Of a DNA stretch of 64,000 bases, positions 25,799-38,215 are shown piece after piece. The stretch is from Marsupella aquatica. Its lineage: Eukaryota > Plantae > Marchantiophyta. Location of the stretch: NCBI GenBank assembly GCA_973895155.1, contig OZ316891.1:4435708-4499707 (forward strand). The letters are read 5' to 3'. Position 1 is the stretch's first letter. Each line of letters starts with the position of its first letter. The notes under the pieces are model-generated. The model ran no database searches. It saw only the letters and a program-made list of their open reading frames with translations, and had not been told where the DNA came from. A program made the position numbers and the translations under genes.

Positions 25799-26647
25799 AT
25801 GGCCTCTAGGAAACGTACAAATGTTGACCACCCGCCTCTGTTGGCTGGAATCAAAGCCATTTTGATTCCTGGCCACTATGGGTTCACCCAAGTGAGTTGG
25901 CCAATCGTACAAAAACGATTCTCAGAGTTCCATGGGACTGAAGTCAAGGACATCACTCCACAGACTACACATGTTGTTGCGGGGACATGGCTGGATGTGA
26001 TGAACAAGTGGTCATGGTCCTTCATTGATTCTGCCATTACCAACCAAGGTCTAAAAGTAGTTGAAGTCTCTTGGCTGACCGATTCTGTTAAACATAGGTG
26101 TGTACAGAGTACTGAGCAATATGAGTTGTGGGAGAGTGAGGAGGCCACTGCAGAGGCTTTGGCTGAAAAGGAAGCCTATGAAGCAGCGGCAGAGAAACCC
26201 AACTTTGCTTCTGTCCAATATGGACCTGTTGTCAACATAGGACACCATCCTATGCGTGCAGATGCTATATTGAATGAGCATGGCAAGGAGAGAAATACCA
26301 TTATGAAGGGGTTCAGTGTGGTATTTGCAGAAGAAGGAATTGGGGAGACTAAGTGCAGACTGTACAAGTCTATAGTTGTTGAGCTAGGTGGGACAGTGGA
26401 GGAGAGTCTAACAGAAACCTCCACTCATGTTGTAGGTCTGTCATACATGAAAATATGCAGAAAATTCTTTAAGACAACAGTGCGTGATTTTGTCATGAAC
26501 AACAATCTTTGGGTGCTTTCCCCTGATTGGCTTCTGGAATCAGCAGCTAGAGGGAAGCGACAGAATGCTTGGGACTTTGATATTTTTGAGGCCTGGCCCT
26601 CCAAGATTCAGCGGAGATGTATGCTTAGCAAAGGTGGGAGAGAGTGA
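25799..26647 (+). CDS. Tandem BRCT-domain protein (CACTA cargo)
   Basis: Two repeats with BRCT hallmarks: TTHVV...KVVEVSWLTDSV...EQYEL and ELGGTV...STHVV...VLSPDWLLESA...DFDI; intact ORF. Confidence 0.85.
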   Translation: MASRKRTNVDHPPLLAGIKAILIPGHYGFTQVSWPIVQKRFSEFHGTEVKDITPQTTHVVAGTWLDVMNKWSWSFIDSAITNQGLKVVEVSWLTDSVKHRCVQSTEQYELWESEEATAEALAEKEAYEAAAEKPNFASVQYGPVVNIGHHPMRADAILNEHGKERNTIMKGFSVVFAEEGIGETKCRLYKSIVVELGGTVEESLTETSTHVVGLSYMKICRKFFKTTVRDFVMNNNLWVLSPDWLLESAARGKRQNAWDFDIFEAWPSKIQRRCMLSKGGRE

Positions 26648-26787
26648 GGAGTAGGAGTCCCTCATATTTTTGTATAAATCACAATTTTGTAATAAATGTG
26701 ATCCTTGAACTAACTCATCTTGTCATGGTTGGTCGCAGTTGAAGTGATTGTTGTTTCCTGCTGCGTGGGGTGTGACTGTGAATCTAC

Positions 26788-27357
26788 TTGCTGGGCTCTG
26801 TTTGGCTGAAGACTTTGGTGGGTATGCTGCCTCTTCCAGACCGTCAGGCCCTGTGTAGGGTCCTCCTACGGGTTGCATCGTGCATGGCTACTGCTTGGGC
26901 TTACTTGTGTGGATTGGTAACCAGACAGAGTGTAGCTCCATCCGAGATAATGCCTGCAGACCTTGGATGTGTTGTGAATGCTGTGGTGAATGAGGATGCA
27001 CAGTCGGAAGAGGACATTTACTTTTCAGCAGATGAGTTAGACAAGCACGATGCTGTAGGTGGTTCCTTGTTGCCTGATTTGGCAGATGATATAGTTCTTA
27101 CACATGTCTGGCCGAGGGTTCTTGTGGTGTCTGGCGCACAAGATATCTGCAAATATAGACTAATTAGTACCCAGTGGAGGGACTTGGTAGCAACATGTGC
27201 ACCATGGAGGGCACTGCTGCCACTGCTTGTAGGCACGGATCGAAGACCACCATGGCATGAGCAGGGTTTAGACCTTGATGACTTAATGTACATGCCTGAG
27301 TACCTCAGGGCTGAGTGGCATCGACAACAAGATTGGTATCCGTATTTGATGTGGTAG
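26788..27357 (+). CDS. F-box-like protein (CACTA cargo)
   Basis: LLPDLADDIVLTHVWPRV...CKYRLISTQWRDLV resembles the plant F-box motif; start codon uncertain (ATG at 26824 or 26884). Confidence 0.6.
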   Translation: MLGSVWLKTLVGMLPLPDRQALCRVLLRVASCMATAWAYLCGLVTRQSVAPSEIMPADLGCVVNAVVNEDAQSEEDIYFSADELDKHDAVGGSLLPDLADDIVLTHVWPRVLVVSGAQDICKYRLISTQWRDLVATCAPWRALLPLLVGTDRRPPWHEQGLDLDDLMYMPEYLRAEWHRQQDWYPYLMW

Positions 27358-27683
27358 TAAGATGAGGACATCTCACACCGGTCTCGCACCTGGCACCTGT
27401 GTCTATGACTATACATGATTGGACTCTGATATGGTCATGGATGTACGTGCAGAGGCAGTACATGTGAGGACAGCGGAGGAGTTGACACCCTCAAACATTT
27501 AGGAATTTTGTCTCATTCACTTGAGAATAGGTACATGACTCAGGCACCTATATTTTTTGTTTTTTTGTTTTTTTGGAACGTTACGTATTTTGGCAAGTAC
27601 AGTCGGGGGTGAAATCCTTAACAGGAAGTGTATTTTTCACTTGCATAATAAAATGACAGGGTGCTGAGTGCGTGTGTATAGTG

Positions 27684-30600
27684 ATGGCTCCAAGGTTGCC
27701 TCTTCACAACCCATTTAGGATTAGGCATCATGATTCTAAATTGTGGATGCGTGAACAAGCCCGGGCCGCCCAAGGTAGGAGTAGGAGGATGAGATGCCCA
27801 TGCACACAGTGCCAAGGATTCAAGTCATTGAGTTTGAACACTGTGCACCTTCACCTGCTGCGGCATGAAAGGCACCCTCGGTGGAGGGTTTGGAATGTAC
27901 CAGCAGAAGAAGACTCCTCTGATGAAGAGTGGAGAGCTGACTTTGTGGATTCTAATACAGCTAGGCGTAGAGACTACGTAGAGCAGGACATAGACTGTGC
28001 AGAGGATGGTCCTGGGGTCCAACATGAGAACGTGGATGACCAAGATGGAGATGCAGAGGCAGTCACTGAGGACGGTGGGATGGATGTCCCAAGAATGGTT
28101 CAAGAGATTTTTGAAGACCTTGATGCTTTTTACGACACAGTGGAATCAGAAGAGGACAATGAACCGCAGCCACACATTGGCGACGGCCAAGCTGAACCTG
28201 ACTTTGACATTGGGGAAGGTGCAGCAGAGAGGGAGTGGGTGTTTGGGGGCCCAAAACACATCAAAGAAGCTTGCATTCCTATCTACGAGGGGTCGAACTG
28301 CTCCAAGCTGGGTTTTGTCGTGTTGTTGTTGAACATCTGTGGCAATCACAATGTTCCCAATATATTTGTGACAGAGTTGTTGACCTTCCTGCGCCGAAAT
28401 GTGTTACCAGATGGTAATTCAATTCCAAAAAATATGTACGAGGCTAGGAAATTGATGTCTAACCTTGGGCTGAACTATGTGTCTATTGACGCATGCCCTG
28501 ATGGGTGTGTTCTCTTTCGCAAAGAGCATGCAGATAAATTGACATGCCCTCATTGTGGTAAGCACAGGTACAAGAATGTAGGGAAATGTACACACCCTGC
28601 CAAGGTTCTTCGTCATTTTCCTCTCATTCCTAGACTACAACGTCTGTTTAGATGCCCTGCCATTTCCAAGCTGATGACATGGACTCCTGATAACAAGAGC
28701 AGTGATGGCCTGCAGCGTCACATTGGAGATTCCAACCATTGGAAATTTGTTGATGAGAGGTGGCCACAGTTTGCTGCAGAGAAGCGGAACTTTCGATTTG
28801 GTCTATCACTGGATGGAGTAAACCCATTTGGAGACAAAAACAACCGTTATTCATGTTGGCCGGTTACGCTGCTAAATTACAACCTTCCCCCATGGATGAC
28901 TACAAAGAGGTTTTTTGTCATGATGGTGCTGTTAATCCCTGGACCAGCTTCTGTGACCGAGCAATTCATAGATATCATGTTGGCTCCAGCAGTGGAAGAG
29001 TGGAAGACTTTGTGGATAGAAGGGGTGTTAACCCATGATGTTCTGAAGGGGCTTCTTCGACCCAGCCCCTTTAGACTACATGCAATTTGTTTGCTGGATA
29101 TAGCAGATTACCCAGGCCATGGCATCATATCTGGACGAGTGACAAAGGGCTATGTGGGGTGCACACCATGTGGGAAAAATGTGACAAGTGAGTGGTCGCA
29201 TGCCTTGCACAGTATGAAATTTCAGGGGCATAGAAGGTATCTGCCTGTTGATCATCCTTACAGGCACACACGGTCTCAAATTGCACACTTCAACAACAAA
29301 ACAGAGCTTCGTGGCCCACCACAGAGGGTCACCAGAGAGCAAGTCCTGAGGTGGGCAGCCAGGAAGGCTGATTGGGACAAGAGAAGTGCCACTGATCGAG
29401 AACCTGAGGATCCAGTGGTGAAACACGGTGTGAAAAGACAGACCTTGATGGACTTGGAGTTGGAGTACTGGAGGGTAATGTACTTAGCCTCCAGCCCCTG
29501 TATGATTGCAATTTTAGATTGGAGCAATGGTGGATTGATGTTGGTTACAATCCTCCTATGTGGTTAATTAGTGTTTCTGTTGTTGAATTCTTTGCTTTGT
29601 GGAGTGCAGGAATTCGAGCCCAGCAAACACAATGTGGACGTCGTGCACATTGAGAAAAATATTTGTGAGAGCTTGCTGAAGTTCTTGTCGGGTGAGAAAG
29701 ATACAGGAGCAGTTCGAGCTGATATGCAACAGAAGGGGATTCGCCCTCACCTTTGGTTGAAGCCCCATGCAAGCAATCCCAATGTACTTCTCAAGTTCCA
29801 AGCTCCCTATGTGTGCACACAGGATGAATGGAAGACATTCTTGTATAGATTGAGCTGTCTGAAAGTGCCCTCTGGCTATGCTGGTGCCTTCAAGAAGCAT
29901 ATTACAAAGAATAAACTTGGCAGTATGAAAACACATGACTACCATGTGTTGATGCAGCACATTCTGCCCCTATGCCTCAGAGGTCTCATGCAGAAACCAG
30001 TCCGTAATGTCATTCTTCGACTGTGCAATGTATTTCGCCGTATATGTGTGAAAGTGTGGGATCCCCAAGGATTGGAGCAGTTGAAGCAGGATGCTGCTTA
30101 TGTCCTCTGTGACTTGGAGATATACTTCCCCCCTGCTTTCTTTGATGTTATGACTCATCTCCTAATCCATGTGGTAGAAGAGCTAGGGCAGTATGGGCCA
30201 GTCAGTACCAGATGGATGTACCCTATGGAGCGATACATGAAGTTGTTGAAAGGTCATGTGAGAACATACTACAGGCCAGAGGCTTCCATGGCATTGGGGT
30301 ACATTAAGGATGAGACGTTGGGATTCCTAACAGAGTACATGGCTGGGTCTGGTGAAGCTATGACAAGAGTTTGGAAATCTGGTGAAGATGATGGAGTGAG
30401 TGGCGAGGTTGTTGAAGGTGTGGGACGTGCTGTTCAGCTGCCTGTTGCGATTCGAGACAAGGCTCATTCATATGTGCTGGCAAACACAGAGCCTATGCAA
30501 CCATGGTGGAGGTGAGTGATTGAATTGACTTGCCTTTGTTGTGATGCTTCTTGTCTGTTCCAAGGGTGATCTTAGGTTGTCATGTGTTGTTTAGACCTAA

Positions 30601-31384
30601 CTATGCCTGTACCTCATATTGCAGGGAATATGATATGCAAAAAGCTGCACACTCTGGGCAGCAGGATCCCTTCCCACAGTTCGAGCAGTGGATTCGGGTG
30701 ACAATTCGAGAGCATAGTAGACATCACCCAGATATGGAGAAGGATTTGTATCTTCTATCTGTGCCACCACGATTGTCTATTCTGACCTACAAACGGATGA
30801 GAGCTTATGGAAATCATTATCGAGTGAGGGATGAGCAGGGAGACCATTGTGTATCATATGATTGTGGTTTGATTTCTGTGTTTGAGCAGAGAACCTCTGA
30901 AGAACAGAGGGGGTGGATGAAGATGGGTTACGTGGGGGAGTTGACCGACATTTGGGTGTTGAATTATGGTAACACAAGTGTCCCAGTGATATTGATGAAG
31001 GGATCATGGGTGAAATCAGAGTGGCAGAGACCAAGGGCCACCATGAAGCGTGATCATGATGGGTTCTTGTTGGCCAATTTTAGGTCCAGAGTACCAGAAT
31101 GGTCTGAGCCTTTTGTTTTCCCTAGCCAAGTTGAACAGGCTTTCTTTGCAGATGTGGAGGAGTCACATGGCTGGAGGGTGGTATGCCATAGCCAAGCACG
31201 GAACAGGCGGATGGATGGAAGTAAAGTAGAGTTCAGTTTGGATGACCATGCTGCATTCGAGCATCCTAGTCATGAGACTGTACTTCCAACTCGGGCAGGG
31301 ACTGACTACATCCCCTTAACATTGAGAGAGACATATGATGAACCTGGGCAAATGGAATATGATGAGGTTGATGATTTGCAATAG
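27684..31384 (+). CDS. CACTA transposase, TnpD/Tnp2-like; three exons (~27684-29474, 29610-30511, 30625-31384)
   Basis: RCPCTQC, IDACPDGCVLF, LRHFPLIPRLQRLF, FGLSLDGVNPF, DYPG, HNVDVVHIEKNICESLL, MKTHDYH, FPPAFFDVMTHL, RWMYPMERYMK, EPFVFPSQVEQAFF; GT-AG introns restore a continuous frame. Confidence 0.95.
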
Positions 31385-31561
31385 GCAACAGCTGGCGATT
31401 GGCAAGTATGAGGTTGAGGATGACTACCTGCACAGAGTCACAGAACGGGAATTGCTGCCTGGAATGATGTTTAGGATAGTTGGATATGCATGAAATTGAT
31501 TGATACTTTGAATTTAGTGTGCTGATTCTCCCTGTTTGGTTGTGGGTGCTGTGCAGAAGCT

Positions 31562-34500
31562 ATGGGGGAAGAGGGTGATGACATGGAGACAGACATGGGG
31601 CTTGGAGAGTGGGGTGAAGAGGAAAGATTGGATATGGATGGAGACCCAGATGCAGGGGGCTCACAGAAAAATGCACCTGTGCAGGATGCACAGGGCCCTC
31701 ATCAAGTCCCAGGTAGGTGGGCAGCTAGAGAGAAATCACATAATCCATACCCTAGAAGGAGCCAGAGTTATTGGCAAGGGACGCCTGATAATTATGATGA
31801 TGACTATGATGGAGCAGAAGATGGATGGGATGAATATGAACACCCAGAGCGTGGTAGAGACGGGTACAGAGGGCAATGGACAGGTGAGGAGGATGATTGG
31901 ACAAGTAAGTGCCTTGTGCTAGTGATTTTGTGATGGTAGTAGAGATTTAGCTCAATATGGACTTATCTGATGTGTAGCTAGGGCAAAGAGTTTATCTTAC
32001 AGGTCCATGAGTGTGGCATGTACCTGTTGGTATGCAGACTCTGATTGGGACAATCACGAAAACAACAAAGGCCATCCACGTTCAGATAGGCGGCAATCAT
32101 TCACAGGCGGGAGAAACGGCCCTAATTCATCAAGACAAAGCAATAGGACAGGTGGTCCAGAACCATCTATGCGCCAAGGGAGAGGTAACTTGGTCATTGC
32201 AGAATTGCTCTGAAGTCCAGTGTATATTTGGCAGCAGGATTTATGATTCATACTTACCTAATGTAAGTGACTGTAAATGGATCCTGTAAATGTGCAGGGA
32301 CTCCAGGGAGGTTTGGACAATGCAATCCAGGCCGTGGGGGGAGATCAGGCCGTGGAGGGACCCCAGGCCGTGGGGGGACACCAGGCCGTGGAGGGACACC
32401 TAGTAGCGCTTCAGGGAGTACCAAGGCAGGAGACAGTAACAAATTTGGTAAAGTAGAAGTGAATTCCGAAGGTTGGATAACTCCCACATGTGATGGTAAG
32501 AACCGTTGGCATTCTGACCTAAGAGGAGAAGTATTGCGTTGGTTAGATTTGAGCATTACAGAGTTTAGGAGTCAGAACAAAGCTGATTGGGCTGCTATCT
32601 GCAAGGACATTCTTGAACGGTGGGACTATGTTGGTAATGATGGTAAGGGCCCAGTTGAAGATTGCATATCAGATTATGCAATGAGGATTTTGAAACAAGA
32701 GAGGCATAGGTTGAAAAGGATGTGGATAGACAATGGTTCTAACAGGAGAATGCCACCACCCCCATCATTGGAACTGGATCAATGGACACGGTTAATCAAA
32801 GGGTTCATGTCGGAGGCTGGACAGAGCAAGAGTGAACTGATGTCAAATGCTCGAGGCAAAGTGAAACACCTTTCACAGGCTGGGAGAGGAAGTTATGCTC
32901 CAGTGAAAGAACAATTGGTAAGGCAGTGACATGCCTAATAGTAAGCCTCAAACTTATCATCTTGCTACCATTATTACATTTTCATTGACAATCAACACTT
33001 GGTTTCATTCATATGTATGTTGATGTGGACTGCAGAAGAAATTGACAGGTGAAGAACCATCAGCACAAGAAGTGAGAGAGGAGTTCATGAAACAAAGGAG
33101 TGAGGTGACAAGTGTGACTTCCAAACAGGTGATTATGTTGTAATTCTATATGTTCTGTGACTATTTGGCCTTGAGCATCAGAAAGAATTGTAGTAGGAAG
33201 TAAGCAACCAGTTCTTGGGGACAATTATCTGAGATATGTAAACTGTGTTATGACAGGGAACTGTTACAACTCTCACAAAGATGTCTGAACGGTTGAAGTC
33301 ATTAGAGTGTGGACTCCCTCGAGTGGAAAGTAAATTGGCTGATCGTTTGGATATTGTGGAGGCATCTGTAGCGAACCTTCTTGCATCAGTGGAATCTAAT
33401 TTCAAGCTTGTGATTGAAAAATTGGGTGGTTTCCAACCAAACAATGAGGGCAACATTGTACAAAGTGTGCCCTTGTTAACAAAAAAGGGAATTGGCAAAT
33501 CTGACACAGGTATGCAATGAGGATTTTGAAACAAGAGAGGCCCATTGTTCATTGTGTCCTATGTTCAAATGTTAGAAGTAAGTTTTCATGAATTGAGTGA
33601 ATGGTTTGAATGCAGGAAGAGTGGAGGCAGAGAACCTGGACCCTGTAATCGGTAAGCAGAATGGCAAAAAGGTTGCTGAGACAGGTAACCTGCTATGATC
33701 CAGTACATTACATTTGAAAAGTGCATGGAGTTTTGTGAAGCTTAAGCCGGTTGGAGGTAATCTTTTCTGTAAGAATTGGTTGGATAAACTGGGAATTGAA
33801 GTGACATCATGATTGATGTATCAGGTGATTCAAAGAGCAATGAAAAAGATGTGCCAAGTGCCTCAGTGACCATAGCCAAGGAGGTATCAGGTAAGCTGAT
33901 GCTTTAAATTCCTCTCCTACCATTGTTGAGAAACAATTCAGTGGTTAATAGATTGAACCTGAATCTTGTGGTCTGTTTATTGATCAGCAGAAGCAGACAT
34001 GGAGGATATGGCAATGGCAAAGAAGGGGAAGAAGGCTGTTCATAATGGTAAGGAGATAGTGACAACTTTGTGGATGGTGACATGTACATGGCGCACATGT
34101 GATGAGTGATTCACTTATGTTGGACAATGCATTGAATTGTAGTTGATGCAGAGTTGACAGACTCTCAACCAAGTGGGAGCAGGGTGAAGCGACGTCGAAA
34201 CTTGGGAGCAACATTGGATGCAAGTAAGATTGTAGATGCTTCAATTGAAGCAAGTACAATGTTAGCAGATACTGAGATGATGTCGCAGGGAAATCCTGCT
34301 ACACAATCGGAAGTGTCAAATATGGATGCAGATTCTTTGAAGAAGAGTGTAGCCAATTCTCGATCACCAGCACAAAACACTCGTGCCAAAGTCATGACTC
34401 GCAACCAAGGTATGAATAATGTCATGTATAAGCCACCCAGGAAAGCCAAGAAAAACAGCCAGGGTAAGGTGGAGGTGATAGCCACAGCAGAGCCAGTCCA

Positions 34501-34747
34501 TAATCTTCTATCATGGGAGAATGACTCGCAGGTATGTGTGGGTACAGGCATTTTGCGACCGGATCATGCTAAATTCCATGGCAAAGTGGTCCCGGATGAC
34601 CATGTAGTAGTGTTGTTGACTACAGTGATTGTATCTGATTGTAATTTGCCATTTCCGAATAGAGACGATGATCCACCTCAAGAAATAATTGCAGATGCAG
34701 TAGGATCTCTTGTGCTCTGGCCATCAGAGTGTGTTAGTCTGCAGTGA
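31562..34747 (+). CDS. CACTA second protein, TnpA/Tnp1-like; multi-exon
   Basis: Acidic and RGG-rich N-terminus; Ptta/EnSpm-like core (RHRLKRMW...PPPP...QWTRLI...SELMSNARGKV...GRGSY) at 32300-32918; C-terminal FHGKVVP...LPFP...DAVGSLVLWP at ~34500-34747; many short GT-AG exons. Confidence 0.85.
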
Positions 34748-35648
34748 CTGAATACAAGTGTAGATAGAATCATGTGAATTGTGTTACATTTTGACATTGC
34801 CTTGGAAAAATCCAAGAAATATCTGTACCAATTTTTCCATTTGGTAAAGAGGATGAAGGAGCCGTTGTGTGTGACATTGATATTTCTGAATTCTGTATGT
34901 ATGAAACAAGTGATTGATGTCAAACTATGGCTCTATGGTGATTGTCTATGATACTTGAATCTGTTTTGTATCAATTCAGTATTAGTGTGTATGGTATAGA
35001 CGAATGCTTTGTGACCTTCTTTGTAGTCTATGATGTTTGAATCTGTGAATTCATATTAGTGTACATGGTATAGAAGATGGCTTTCTGAAAATTTGTGTGA
35101 GGTTCTAATGTTAACATGGTGAATGGTGACCTTATAGAGTGAGTTCATTCCAAGTACACAATAAAACATGAATGAAATGTGTTATTTGTGCACAAGAGTG
35201 AGTTCATTCCAAGTAGTATAGTGGGGTCTTCATCACTCATTTCCAGTTGACATGAAAGACTTGTACATACCCCACAAAGTGTCTACTTTAGTCGTTTTAT
35301 AAACCCCCACAAAGTGTCTACTTTAGTCATTTTATAAACCCACAAAGTATATTTAAAGACTACCCTCCATAACCTTTTGAGTTGTTCCCAACGACTCACC
35401 ATCGCAGCCCATAAAAGACTGAAAAAGACTCACCAAAGCTACCCACACAAAGACTAAAATAGACTGAAAATCCAGTCTATTAAACGACTTATAAACCAGT
35501 TCTATAAAGGACTCAGTTGATTATAGTAACAAAACATACGACTCGCAGTCCTATAAAGGACTAGAGTCCTTCCCAGTCGTTTCCAAGTCCTATACGGTAT
35601 TGAATAGTCGTTTAATGGGGTCTAAATACCCCCCGGTTTCTACTAGTG

Positions 35649-35925
35649 TCGGGGTCCTTAAGTCAGGACTCAGGGTCCTTTAGTCACGAATTGTGGTCCT
35701 TGTGTGAGGACTCCGAGTCCTTGAGTCAGGACTCTGGGTCCTTGAGTAAGGACTCGGGGTCCTTGAGTCAGGACTCCGGTCCTTGCGGTTCTTTAGTCAG
35801 CACTCCCGGTCCTAACTCAAGGACTCCGGTCCTTTAGTCAGGACTACGGGTAGCTGAAGATCAGTATTGTCTTCTGGTCAAGACTGGGGGTCCTTTAGTT
35901 AGGACTTGAGGTGCTTGAGTCAAGG
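35649..35925. repeat. Right part of the ~21-bp GAGTCAGGACTCCGGGTCCTT minisatellite
   Basis: About ten degenerate units, each with inverted AGGAC/GTCCT half-sites. Confidence 0.9.
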
Positions 35926-36015
35926 TGCCCGATTGAGATCCTCTTTAGTTTGCAAGAGAAACCATCCGGTGACCAATAGTTGATATGTAACCCTTCATAT
36001 ATTATCTTTGTGCAG

Positions 36016-36501
36016 ATCATGGACAATCTTGAAGACAAGTTCACCACCCTGGTGGATATCAAAATTGACCACATGTGGGGAGTTTGTGCTGGGTCATTTG
36101 TTTATGAAGGCTGCAATGTGTTGTTGAGTGATGGTAAGCCATGCACTTTGGGCAAGAATGCTCGCAGGTAGAGAAAATTGAACCCTCAGTCTCCCATGGG
36201 TCCTCGTTCTCGAGGACGATCCGAACATGTCTGCTGCAGTGTTGGAACTGGCAGTTTTATGTATTGCTTTGCTGTGCAAGTCGGGGATTACGTTATTTTG
36301 GTGAATGAAGATTGCGGGTTGCAGCTACTGGGGATGTCAAGAGAAGCCTTTAAGAAGCTATGGGAGAGTAGCCCAGAGAAGGTGCAAGAAGTCTGTGGGC
36401 AGGTGCAGAGTGAATTGTGGACCATCACGTGTGTGGCAAAGTTAGGCCGTAGTGATGACCTTCGAGCAGTGAGTATTGTTAAGGCTCGTGGGCATCTGTA
36501 G
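36016..36501 (+). pseudogene. RPA1 C-terminal-like OB fold with zinc ribbon; one in-frame stop; possibly the last exon of the cargo gene
   Basis: FVYEGC...C...YCFAVQVGD...GLQLLGMSREAF pattern; ORFs 35980-36171 and 36178-36501 share a frame; preceded by a tgcag acceptor; resembles 63289-63813. Confidence 0.6.
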
Positions 36502-37854
36502 GTAGATGAAGCTACTCGCGCTATAATAAATCATTCGGACATAGATGAATTTAAGCCCAATGTTAGTAAGACGAAGATCGGTGTACCTCACCCAATTTTG
36601 GTGATTGTCTTGATACCACCAAAGATGGTGGAGCAACAACATTTCAGAGACTTCAGCATGCTATTTTGGACTTTTCTGGAGACCTCGTTATGTCTTTGAA
36701 GTCTTTTCGTATTTGGGAGGAGTAATTAGAGTGCTATAGTATGTAGCAGACTGTTGTATTCCAGTGATGATATATGAAATCCACACTGAACTGGATGTTG
36801 TTTCAAGCTCGAACTCTATACAGTAAAGTACTTGATCAATACAGTGTTGTTGTCTCAACACAAGCTTCTGTATATGTGTTGAGTCCTCAATTCTTGTCTA
36901 TGGATGCGCCTCTGATCAATATGTTACTTCAGTTGTACCTTTCTGACACTTAAGTATCTGGGCATGAAGACCACAACTGTTCAAGAGAAGCTTGGAAGTT
37001 CCTTCAATAGGTGGTCTAGATGATATATTTTAGTTGAGGTATACCTTGATTGACATGTGAGTAAACCTGTGTTCTTTGCACTAAATCCTCAAGGAGACAA
37101 ATGGGCACCAGAGGTTTTGTAACTTGGAAGGCAGCTATACAGTGGGAAGAAGTTGGCTGGAAGTGACAAGTGTGGATATATACTTGCAAAAATCTTGAAT
37201 GTACAAAAATAGCGCCCTAGAATTAGGTGTGTAATCCAAGGGATTATTGTGAGTTGATACTTTTGTAGAGTACACCTGACAACAGAAAGTTTGAGACCAC
37301 ATATGGAGTCCCGTACTATTGTCATCAAGTGTGACATAAACAGAGACTTAATAACCATTTCTATCTGAACAATTGCTTTGTGCATGATTCAGATATGCTT
37401 ACAGAAAGGTACAACCACACGCAAGGAAATCAAGGCACATCATGTCCACAAGGCCCTAGAAGAAATGAGAAGGAAAAATTCCTTAAGTGATGAAATGCAG
37501 ATTCATTAACATGAAATATTACAAACATGATTATCTTGTGAGCCGAGTGCCAAAAGTGGCACTCGGTCTACCATCTAGAGTATGTCACTCAGTCTCTACC
37601 ATCTAGAGTATGTCATCCAGAGTGTCCCTTAGTCTACATGATGTAGTCCTGCCCGAAGTATCTTGAAGGTTTAATTAGTCTGTGTTCAAAATGCAAAACA
37701 CCAGTACAAATTGTATAAGTACCTGATTGCAAATTTACAAAGGCCCAACTACCTAAAAAAATAGAACGCATTCATACAAGCAGCTCAAAGAATTCTCATA
37801 TAAGCATTGTCGCTAGTTATCTGGCCACATATATCTCCCAGACCCTTAATACAC

Positions 37855-38215
37855 AAGGACACAGTCTAGTTTATACATTGGGAGAGTCCTTTGTGAAGTC
37901 CATGTAAAAGGATATAGGACATGGTCCTTTCTGCGATTAAGGACTGTGTCATTAACTAAGGACATAGTCCTTTACCATGACTTGCACCAAGGACATAGTC
38001 CTTGAATATGTCTTGCACCAAGGACATAGTCCTTGAATATGTCCTTAGTCAAGGATCTAGTCCTTGAATGTGTCCTTCACGAAGGACATAGTCCTTCACA
38101 AATCCTTTTTAGTCCTTTTGAAAGGACATGGTCCTTTCCATGGTCCTTTCCAATATGACTCTGTCCTTGTCCAAGGACACAGTCCTAGTCCTTGTAAAAT
38201 GACCGAGTCCTAGAC
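37855..38215. repeat. Array of AAGGAC-N3-GTCCTT palindromes
   Basis: Roughly ten perfect or degenerate copies of aaggacatagtcctt. Confidence 0.9.

Larger units (their letters stand above)
18594..35648 (+). mobile_element. Complete CACTA (En/Spm) transposon, 17055 bp
   Basis: TIRs cactagtagaatccggggcaatttagacc and ggtctaaataccccccggtttctactagtg; 3-bp TSD TCG (18591-18593, 35649-35651); AAGACT/AGTC-rich subterminal repeats at both ends; TnpD and TnpA genes. Confidence 0.97.

Noticed and set aside
35646-35837. ORF with SQDSGSL repeats
   Set aside because: Translation of the 21-bp minisatellite; no evidence it is coding.
36016-36501. Helitron inferred from the RPA-like domain
   Set aside because: No Rep/helicase motifs or convincing hairpin-CTRR end found; it sits within the Sola2-like element.
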